Shown: in pieces, positions 56,201 through 63,145 of the stretch
Layout: every line of letters begins with the position of its first letter
Numbering within the stretch: position 1 is the stretch's first letter
Assembly: GCA_964373715.1 (NCBI GenBank)
Contig: CAYJVR010000007.1
Coordinates: forward strand, 26,787-89,931
From: an uncultured Planctomycetia bacterium
GTDB taxonomy: Bacteria > Omnitrophota > Gorgyraeia > 1-14-0-20-64-10
Reading direction: 5' to 3'
DNA length: 63,145 nt
The notes under the pieces: model-generated
The model's database searches: none
Seen by the model: only the letters and a program-made list of their open reading frames with translations
What the model was told of the DNA's origin: nothing
Translations under genes and position numbers: made by a program

Positions 56201-59200
56201 GGTGATTTGGGGCGAGAGTCTAACCGCCCTTTCCTGGAAAGAGATTCCTTACAACATCGCCCAGTCCCTGCTTTTCAGCGAAGTGGCATGGGCCACCGGT
56301 TTCCTGGACGCTCCCGGCAATCCGCTCACCGATTTCTACAAGAAGACCCGTGACAAGCAGCAGGAAGATTCCCTGATCACCGCGCAGGGGGTCCCCACGC
56401 TTCCGGCGTACGTCCGGTTCGTGCTCGGCGGGTATTCCTTTGAACGGCTGCGCTCTCTTCCAAACCAGCAGAAACAGGACGTGCTCAAGCGGGCGCTGCT
56501 GCTGGTGCTCAAGGGCAACGCTTTGGACCCGAACGTGCTCGACAAGCTGAAAGTTAACGCGGATTTGTTGAGCCAGCAGCTCGCCGATCAAAGCAGTCTG
56601 ATTCTCAACGACACCGATGCGCTTGTGAATGCGCTGACTGATCCGTCGGTTCGGGAAACGGTTTTATTCCCGGACAATACCGGCGTCGAGATGATCGGCG
56701 CGACGCTGTTGACCGCAGTCTACCTCAGGATGTATCCGGCAAGGAAGGTGACATGGGGCGTGAAGGAAGCTCCCTATCTGAAGGTGGACGTGGCCCGGCG
56801 GGACTTGACCGGATGGGACACGGTTGTGGACCAGGTTGACGGCCGAAGCTGGCTGGCCCGTTTCCGGGACGGCAAGTACAATCCCGGCCAGGATCCCCAG
56901 GTTCAGCAGCTCTTCGATTTTATGGCTGGTGCGGTCGGTGAGCCGGGTCGCTTTGAGGTCATGAGCCATTCGTGGCTCGAGAGTGGTCTTTCGGGGAAGC
57001 AGATTCCGGCCGATTTAGCCGCCCGTGTCGGCGGACGAAGCCGGATTCTGATCGCCGATGGCGAATGGCTAAACGAGCGGTTTGCCAACGGCGTTCCTTA
57101 TCCGCAGGGGACCTCGTACGAGATGGCGTGGGGGTATCTCGGCGAGAAAGGGATCCAGCAGTTCGGCCTTCTGCGGATGATCAAGGACAAATTCATCGTC
57201 GTTATTCCTCCGGGGCGTGTTCCGGACGATTTCGAGGTGCTCGAAGGGGGAGTCCAGGGTCTTGTGAGCTTTGCCCGGTTTGAGGCCGGGTTGGAGGAGC
57301 CGACGCAGGAGCAGATCTCAGAACGGATTCGGGTCATGGGCGATGTTTCCTACGATCTTGCCACTGAAATATTCGAGATGAGCGAGAGACAGAATCGTCC
57401 TATTGCGGAGCTTCTGCAAAGTCAGCCGATTTTGGAGATGGTACTGCCCCTGTTTGACGCCGATAAACAACTTCGGAAATCCTTGAGGCGAGGCGGCCTT
57501 ACTGTTTCGGAAGTCGAGGAGTCGATTCAGCGGCTGATTGAAGGCCCGCAGCCGGAGACCCGGCTGCTGCTGGCGGAAACCGTTCTCAACGTCCTGGCGA
57601 TAAGACGTCAACACGGCGCCTCTTTGGACTATCCGGACATCCTAGCTGATTTCCGGACCTTAGCGAAAGGTGAAATCGCTGCGAATCAGGCGAGATACAG
57701 ACAGGTAGAACCATTAGTAGACATCTCCGCGCTGGCATTGATCGAATGGGCGAAAGTCAGCGTCGGACTTTTCCCCGCCGGGCTGGAGGAGCCGACGCAG
57801 GACCAGGTTCGGGCCGCGGCGCTGCAGATACTTCAGTCCCCGGAGACTCGCGGGGGGCGGTGGGTCTTGTTCATTCCTCAGTTGGACGCGTCGGTCCGTG
57901 ATGCGCTGATTGACGACACCCGCGCGGCGATTAACGCCAACCAGGCGGGGTGGATCTCTGGAGGATTGCTGACGAAAAAAGAGTTGAACCATCTGCGTGG
58001 CGACGTCAACACGGCGATCCAGAAAGCCAATTCTCAACTTGCAAGAGAGAGCAAAGAGAAGGCCAAAGTGAAAACCGAAGCGTCCCCCACGAGCCCGACG
58101 GCTTCTGCTCAGCCTCAAGTCCGTCAGCCGCCGGCCGCGCCGGTTGTTTCTTCGCCCGCCGTTTCAGTCCCTGCTCGTCCGGTGACCGGCTGGAACGCGG
58201 AGGTCGAGCGGGTGGTTGAGGCCGTCAGACAGGGCCGCCGGGGGTCCATCTTGCGGCTCCAGGACCACGACGTGGTCAACAGCCAGGAATTCCTCGATTT
58301 TGTTGATGAAATTATACGGCGCGGTGTTCCGGCGAACCGGATCGTTGTTTTGACCGAAGTCGGCAAACCCTCGACCCAGGCCCTGATCGAAAGCATGGGC
58401 AGGATGGGGATCCGGGACCAGGTCCTCCAGATTTTCCAATCCGGCGCGGCCTACCCGCTCATGCAGACCTACTTCGCCCGGGGCGGCCAGGTGCCGATCA
58501 ACCTGAGGGCCGTTTTTCCCGATCGACAAAGGCTCGACCTGATCCACGGGATGCACCGGCAGTTGTACCCCTTGTGGGAGAATTTGCTTGCCCGTGCCCG
58601 GCAGGGGGGCGTGACGAGCCCGTCTTCGGTCAACCAGATATCCAGAGGTCTTGCCGACAGGGGCGTCGGCCAAATTTGGGAGCGGTCCTCTCCGGCTTAC
58701 TGGTTTCTGGGTTTCTTTTCCGCTGTTTATGGGAATGCGATGGCGGACATTTATGTCCGGGGGGATGAGACGAGGGCCATTGCCGGCACTCAGGTTGATT
58801 TGGATACGAGGGAGTGGAGCACGAATGAGAGGGATGCGACCATCGCTGCCCAGTGGAATCAGATCATGGGCGACCTCCGGTCCGAAGGGTTTTTGATCCT
58901 GGGTGAGTTCGGCGGCATGCATGATTCCATCGTGGGCCGGCTTCAACCGGGAGAGATTCCTTTCGCGGTCAGCCGCAGCGAGGTTGCCTCTGGTATCGAC
59001 AACGATCCGTTCCTTGATCTTGCGCGGCGGCGGAACGAACAAGGGCGTTTGGGCCAGCCCTTCGACGTGGCCGATTTGCCTCTGGTCCAAAAGTTCCCGA
59101 TCTACAGCCGTCTGAAAGAACTCTGGGTCAGTCTCCCGAGGAGGGGTTTCCTCGGTGAGACTCGGGCTGCTCTCTCCGGCATCAAGGAAATACTTTCCGG

Positions 59201-62200
59201 CCTTCAGGGCCAGCAGGTGGCGGAGCTGAACAGGAAGATATTCGAGGTTACCTCGCAAGGACGGTGGCCCGCCGGAGTAATCCAGTCCCCGGCGGATGTC
59301 GATTTGGCGCAGGCCTACCTCATCTATGCGTGGTTGAACGATCCTTCGCGAAATCTCGTGACGCCCGAGTTTAAGCAGGTACTTCCGGCGGATGTCACCG
59401 GCATGACGGAACAGAACTGGTTCCGGGTGTTTGCCGACCGCGTGACGGCAGCCGGCCGAGAAAAGTGGGAAAACGCGATTGCGCAGGTGCTTTCCCAAGG
59501 GTATGGAATTCCCGAGCCACAGCTGAGATCTCGTCTGCAAAAATACGATTTCAATGTGTTTCGGGTGACATGGGGAGCCTCTGTCGAATCCTTGGTGGAT
59601 TTCTACGCGCGTGTTCTCGGCGTTTCTCTGCAGCCGGAAGAGAGGGCTGCTATGGCGAGCAGGCTCTCTTTGTTAGCCCAGCCCCAGTCGGTGTCTCTGC
59701 CGGCAGAGATTGAGCAGGCCTACGAAAGGCTTTTAAGGGCGGGGCCGATGGATTTCATGGCGCGGTTTGAGGAGCTCGAAGAAGTGGTCGGCCGGTTTCT
59801 CGCTCTTCACCCGGGAGAGATCCAGAATGACGCTTTGAGGCGGTGGATGGATGCCACCGCTTATACGCCGGAGGAGACGGCGATTATTAAAAGAACTGCG
59901 GAACGAATTGTCGCAGCGTTCAATCCGGGCAATCCGCGGTCGGCGGTTTTTGTGAATGAGATCGTCCGGTGGTCTAGGCCGATGTCGTTGAGGGCAACGA
60001 ATAGTTTGTGGCTGGATGCCGGGATTTCGGTTTATACGCCGGGTTTCCTGAAGCTGTTTCACGACGATGCGATGCAGTCGCTGACGTCGGACAGTTATTT
60101 CGCCGTTTCTCCCAAGCAGGGTTTCCCCTCCAGCTGGCGTGTTCCAACGGCGGCTTTTTTGGGTTCCAAAACCAGGTTTGCCGGCAAGTCAGCTCATGAA
60201 ATCACCCATGCGGAATTGTTCCGGAACGCGCCGGATTGGTGGCACACGCAGGGTCAGGGGGCGGTTGCTCCTGCCGATAGGATTACCCGCGCGGTGCAGA
60301 CCCTGATCGAAGACAGCGCAGCCCGAGAAATAAGGGAGGCTCGCCGGCCTTCGTTGCCGCCGTTTACGTCTTCTCCGAATGCCGGGCCTGCGGCGATTCA
60401 GTATCTCTACGAGGAAGGCCAGCGGATTTCCGGAAACCCTGAAGCATGGGATAGTTTCTTCCAATCGGTCGGTTTTATGCCGTTTACCGGTATCCATTAC
60501 GCGCAAGGGCCGATTTTGGCCGGTATCGCTTACGGGATCGGCCGCGAGATTGCCGTGCAGAAGTCTCAGACAGATCCGTATGAGAGAGCTTTACGGTTCG
60601 TCGCGTTCTACGCCCGTTCCGCCAAAGACTTGAGTACTCAGGAATTGATCCGTGCAGCCGCGGAATTCCGGAACCTGCCGGAGAACCAGGCCGGCCTGGA
60701 GGAGCCGAGTCAAGAAGAGATTCGCAAGGAGGCGGTTGAACTTCTGAAGATCCACACCGGACGCGATGCGATCCGCAACGGTAAATGGGCTCCGCTGATA
60801 CAGTTTCTCGAACAGAGTGCTTTGGAGACTTTGCAAGCACTCCTTGACAACCCAAGACAGACGGTTCCACCCAATGAGCAAGTTTGGAAACAACAAGGGT
60901 TGCTCAAAGGGGGTGGCGTTGCAAAGCTACTCGTTGGTGATATTGGAGAGGCCAAGCGCCGGGCTCAAGAACGCCTCAAGAGGAAAGTGGATGAGGCCGC
61001 GGGAGAGAAGGTTCGGGAGGAAGGAAAACAAAAAGCTGCTGAAGCTGAGCGTCTCATGCGTCCGGCGAAATGGGCCCACCAAGAGATGCTACCGGCTCTC
61101 AGGCGATTGGCCGAATCCCATCTGAACGATTTCTCGAGATTGCGCCAAGCTGGAGAGGCGCTTCCCGACCAGAAACAAGCGTGGCAATCGGTAGTAGATC
61201 AGCTTGAGCAAGCGACCCAGCAGTGGCGGCAGGAGGGACCGACTGCAGTTTCGGAACTTCAGTTCTTTACGCAGCTTGTTCACCGATTAAATCAACAGTG
61301 GTTTCTTGACCGTCAAGAACTACTTGCCATCGCTTCTGGGACAGCCATAGAAGGAGCCGTCGACGTTGCGGACTCTCTGGCCGTCGCCCGCGTCGTCAGA
61401 AGCAGGCGATACGAGTTGGAAGGACGGTTGGTTCCTGTCTATTTTATAGAGGAACTTTTCCCGCCACGCCGCGGCGAGCTGTTAGTCGGATGGACTCCAG
61501 TAGGGATTATTCTGATGCCTTTGAAGAATTTAGCCGAGATAGCGCAGTTTCCTTGGGGGGTTCCAAAGAGGTCGGAGACTTGGCTACGGAAGGGATTTAG
61601 CCCAAGCTTTGTTGCCGCCGTTTCAGAGCTGTATGGGGAGAGAACTCGTCGGCGATACAAAGAGACCGAACGATATCTTCCCGTCCTGTCGGAGGAAGTC
61701 CTTTTTGAAGAGATTCGGCACGCTCTCGACCATACCCGCGTGCAGGCCGCCACAGGGAAGACCTTCTTTACCGCCGGCGATGAATTTTTTGCGCAGTTCG
61801 TAGAAACGCAGCTTCGGCCAAACGGACTTTTGCGGGACATCCTCTGGGAGCATCCTGTCCTGGAAGGCGTTGAGTTCGAGAAACTGGAAGCCCCTCAGAT
61901 GGCTGCATTAAAACGGGCTTTTGCCCAGAGTTTATTTGAGTTCTCCGGAGGGATGACCTTCGCCGCTGCAGAGTCAGATCCAACCCGGAGTGTGGGAGAC
62001 TGGCTTTACTTTCAGGTGAGATGGGCCCTGAGTCAGAGTGCAGAATCTTCCTATTCCAACATGCTTTATGCAAATGTCGGAAAACTGGGAATTCTCTTGC
62101 TTGCCGAAGAGTTTGGGATAGCGCAGATTCCGTGGAGGACGGGTGCTTGGATAAACATCAAGAAGGACCAGCTGGCCTCGATGGCCCTGGCCATCGCCGA

Positions 62201-63145
62201 ACATCCCCCAGAAAAAATTCGGCTGGCGATGAAAGCGATTTACGCGCGCGAGTTCATCCATCCCATTGACGAACCTCCATTCCCAGAGATTGGCCCCGAT
62301 GGAAACCTTGTCCCGCGACCTGGCGCCGGATTGGAGGAGGGGTCGGCGGAAACCCCTGCGGCGCCTCAGCTAAATCTTATCGTCCGCGGAATGCTTGAGC
62401 ATGATTACGGTATGCCGGGTCAAGAGAGCCAGGTGCTGGAGATTCAAAGCAGGAACCCGCGGCCGCAGGGAGATTGGCACAGGGAGCTTTTCCACGGGTA
62501 CGCGCAGGCGGAGCGGGCGATCGTGGCGCAGGATCAGGGCAGCTGGTGGAGTCCCGATACGCTCAGGTTGGCGGGTTTTCTTGCTTTTGAGATCAAAGGG
62601 GGCGACGAGGATGCTCCGATTCCGGAGCGGGAGAAGATCGAGATTGTCCATCTGGCGGTCCATTCGGATTATTGGGAATCCGGACAGGTGGAGAAAGAGA
62701 TGGTGGCTTTGCTGCGCGGCGACTACCCGGAACTGCCCATTGTGATGACCGTGCACGAGGAGGACCGCAGCACACTGGAGTTTTTGAAAAGGCTCGGTTC
62801 CACCTCCGTTCGGCTCCCCCACCGGTTCGGTGATCGCGATGGTTTTGAGTTTCTGCTGTCGGAAGCGGATCGGGAAGGTGCCCTTGGTGTTGTTCCGGAA
62901 CAGGATTTCAACTTCAAGGTTCTTCAAATTAGAAATTGGGTTGCAGAGGGACAGATGTCCGTTGAGACAGCGGCTTTAGAAGTGGTGCGGGTGCTGGAGC
63001 AGGTGAAGGAAAGGTCCGCTTTCAATAGCTGGGGCTATGTTCGTGACATTTTGGATTTGGCTGAGAATGAGGTGGGGCTGGGTGGTGCCGTGTTTCTGCG
63101 GCTTTTCGCGGAGCAGGCGGTGAGGATGGCGCGCGGGGGACAGGA
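53229..63145 (+). CDS. giant protein 2, 3' end beyond the window (at least 3305 codons): signal peptide, TM helix, extended-SDR-like, DUF89/ARMT1-like, HExxH-containing and GNAT-like modules
   Basis: Hand translation of the frame with codon starts divisible by 3 gives no stop from ATG 53229 to base 63145. The supplied track lists no + strand ORF in this frame in the region. Starts MKTGRFLPRFIALLLAFSLSVPSPSFA. Eight [A/G]GLEE motifs, all in this frame. Confidence 0.85.
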   Translation, partial: MKTGRFLPRFIALLLAFSLSVPSPSFALRPQQAPESSEGRRLAMLLLSGRSSAGLEEGSYGFGLTEREWAGLKYLMKDQLPDPNEPGALNDVRGYLAQLVREGYGPEEPLSVGDRQLAENLSRRLGEISLQRAREAPVMRPQPTATQASAGTPGTVIPPGVYDPSQQGPAQGMVKIGEGYFNKKTVVLGVLAVALLGIAGYLAFGPFWKKGPEDVKEPKPGIEKKDAPQKKPLNKRDGGLEEKVGELNKLSLEVVRGWTQLGRRAQILDMRGLANAVGVTEQKIQVPIVLPREAERILTENRTVVLQALQPPAAGQSDVLILQEIALNPEDENVTQETLSSQRSFLNRQLESIAASRSGGQVRLSSSARTFEQIRLFLTLHDPWAVIVSMPGGQPAWTYLDAHMDADGKFVKIANDLLPGKPGDYDYDLTLLDGVLSFDMDIGGGIYSRVDVPPGRLQAVIIARPKNKFGGLEENAVWTKRIDQGFDGKRLLLFGWSGFVGGRLLQDLSQRVGSRVSHITAVSRTAGPVPGPGSPLSGKFTPRAGDLLQISFIRQIVNPSGRFDVRPDKIFMPAGLAWQHPPSLGRQPTEADLQAILEEELLFNGMTVLMLSAVMSDRQQLIVTSSNAIDVMVSQLPEAQRPALQQQAVEMARRYLAAWVPAIEKQQNPTADELRSFVRKDLEQFPPADPAFVRRLSYPYSMLLREEILKLAAERSGKEIRVLRISDVYGPGQPLGRAVLNPDRSARRPQRFLAALLESSTGWTEWISQYGSRAHGFQIDGQGHLTVAIRNDWVAPTYVGDVTQMLIRAAVADIPKEQVVLEVSAPWISNRQMVETIRDVVSETVGQADVVIQTQGARQEKPAARSRDLRRLGLTSVSLTPLDQGLRNWLSLGAAGLEEGLKFGDPMVWKDERERTEKIVQGAIDFLRQRAEVYGVAYPALFSAAVVDPRIEHLNRMWEGIQADMAGQPVVVSVKDLYAVKPEVQIKRFGQVIWGESLTALSWKEIPYNIAQSLLFSEVAWATGFLDAPGNPLTDFYKKTRDKQQEDSLITAQGVPTLPAYVRFVLGGYSFERLRSLPNQQKQDVLKRALLLVLKGNALDPNVLDKLKVNADLLSQQLADQSSLILNDTDALVNALTDPSVRETVLFPDNTGVEMIGATLLTAVYLRMYPARKVTWGVKEAPYLKVDVARRDLTGWDTVVDQVDGRSWLARFRDGKYNPGQDPQVQQLFDFMAGAVGEPGRFEVMSHSWLESGLSGKQIPADLAARVGGRSRILIADGEWLNERFANGVPYPQGTSYEMAWGYLGEKGIQQFGLLRMIKDKFIVVIPPGRVPDDFEVLEGGVQGLVSFARFEAGLEEPTQEQISERIRVMGDVSYDLATEIFEMSERQNRPIAELLQSQPILEMVLPLFDADKQLRKSLRRGGLTVSEVEESIQRLIEGPQPETRLLLAETVLNVLAIRRQHGASLDYPDILADFRTLAKGEIAANQARYRQVEPLVDISALALIEWAKVSVGLFPAGLEEPTQDQVRAAALQILQSPETRGGRWVLFIPQLDASVRDALIDDTRAAINANQAGWISGGLLTKKELNHLRGDVNTAIQKANSQLARESKEKAKVKTEASPTSPTASAQPQVRQPPAAPVVSSPAVSVPARPVTGWNAEVERVVEAVRQGRRGSILRLQDHDVVNSQEFLDFVDEIIRRGVPANRIVVLTEVGKPSTQALIESMGRMGIRDQVLQIFQSGAAYPLMQTYFARGGQVPINLRAVFPDRQRLDLIHGMHRQLYPLWENLLARARQGGVTSPSSVNQISRGLADRGVGQIWERSSPAYWFLGFFSAVYGNAMADIYVRGDETRAIAGTQVDLDTREWSTNERDATIAAQWNQIMGDLRSEGFLILGEFGGMHDSIVGRLQPGEIPFAVSRSEVASGIDNDPFLDLARRRNEQGRLGQPFDVADLPLVQKFPIYSRLKELWVSLPRRGFLGETRAALSGIKEILSGLQGQQVAELNRKIFEVTSQGRWPAGVIQSPADVDLAQAYLIYAWLNDPSRNLVTPEFKQVLPADVTGMTEQNWFRVFADRVTAAGREKWENAIAQVLSQGYGIPEPQLRSRLQKYDFNVFRVTWGASVESLVDFYARVLGVSLQPEERAAMASRLSLLAQPQSVSLPAEIEQAYERLLRAGPMDFMARFEELEEVVGRFLALHPGEIQNDALRRWMDATAYTPEETAIIKRTAERIVAAFNPGNPRSAVFVNEIVRWSRPMSLRATNSLWLDAGISVYTPGFLKLFHDDAMQSLTSDSYFAVSPKQGFPSSWRVPTAAFLGSKTRFAGKSAHEITHAELFRNAPDWWHTQGQGAVAPADRITRAVQTLIEDSAAREIREARRPSLPPFTSSPNAGPAAIQYLYEEGQRISGNPEAWDSFFQSVGFMPFTGIHYAQGPILAGIAYGIGREIAVQKSQTDPYERALRFVAFYARSAKDLSTQELIRAAAEFRNLPENQAGLEEPSQEEIRKEAVELLKIHTGRDAIRNGKWAPLIQFLEQSALETLQALLDNPRQTVPPNEQVWKQQGLLKGGGVAKLLVGDIGEAKRRAQERLKRKVDEAAGEKVREEGKQKAAEAERLMRPAKWAHQEMLPALRRLAESHLNDFSRLRQAGEALPDQKQAWQSVVDQLEQATQQWRQEGPTAVSELQFFTQLVHRLNQQWFLDRQELLAIASGTAIEGAVDVADSLAVARVVRSRRYELEGRLVPVYFIEELFPPRRGELLVGWTPVGIILMPLKNLAEIAQFPWGVPKRSETWLRKGFSPSFVAAVSELYGERTRRRYKETERYLPVLSEEVLFEEIRHALDHTRVQAATGKTFFTAGDEFFAQFVETQLRPNGLLRDILWEHPVLEGVEFEKLEAPQMAALKRAFAQSLFEFSGGMTFAAAESDPTRSVGDWLYFQVRWALSQSAESSYSNMLYANVGKLGILLLAEEFGIAQIPWRTGAWINIKKDQLASMALAIAEHPPEKIRLAMKAIYAREFIHPIDEPPFPEIGPDGNLVPRPGAGLEEGSAETPAAPQLNLIVRGMLEHDYGMPGQESQVLEIQSRNPRPQGDWHRELFHGYAQAERAIVAQDQGSWWSPDTLRLAGFLAFEIKGGDEDAPIPEREKIEIVHLAVHSDYWESGQVEKEMVALLRGDYPELPIVMTVHEEDRSTLEFLKRLGSTSVRLPHRFGDRDGFEFLLSEADREGALGVVPEQDFNFKVLQIRNWVAEGQMSVETAALEVVRVLEQVKERSAFNSWGYVRDILDLAENEVGLGGAVFLRLFAEQAVRMARGGQ

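Overview
GC-rich bacterial chromosomal window, almost entirely coding on the + strand. Most of it is housekeeping biosynthesis. (1) A his block (hisB partial, hisH, hisA, hisF, hisI) runs straight into a trp block: trpE, a membrane ORF, trpG, trpD, trpC, trpF. trpB-trpA lie 3.5 kb further on, separated by a palindromic repeat element, htpX and an ECF sigma/anti-sigma pair. (2) Next come sugar-nucleotide and central genes (manC-like, M16 peptidase, rpe, phosphohexomutase), then lepA-lepB, pgsA, der, plsY, a lone GspF/PilC-like gene and gpsA. (3) A thr/asp block follows: hom, thrC, an apgM-like gene, lysC and cimA. After it come valS, nadC, uvrB, birA and nfeD. The unusual content is as follows. 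(a) There are two giant multi-module ORFs. One is 27092..32941 (1949 aa). The second starts at 53229, stays open to the last base of the window (at least 3305 codons) and is missing from the supplied ORF track. (b) Both giants are punctuated by a recurrent [A/G/S]GLEE peptide that sits between recognisable modules. (c) A dispersed family of imperfect-palindromic GC-rich intergenic elements occurs at five loci. (d) G-tract mini-insertions are translated in frame as Gly/Arg-rich loops inside hisH, hisF, thrC and possibly valS. (e) A 1.9-kb low-GC islet carrying an MNT/HEPN toxin-antitoxin pair is bracketed by a 41-nt duplication of the 5' half of tRNA-Pro(GGG). (f) An SPFH/stomatin gene remnant sits after nfeD. 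All product calls come from motif recognition by eye; no database search was run. The giant multi-enzyme ORFs resemble giant genes described in candidate phyla such as Omnitrophota, but that taxonomic idea is inference only.
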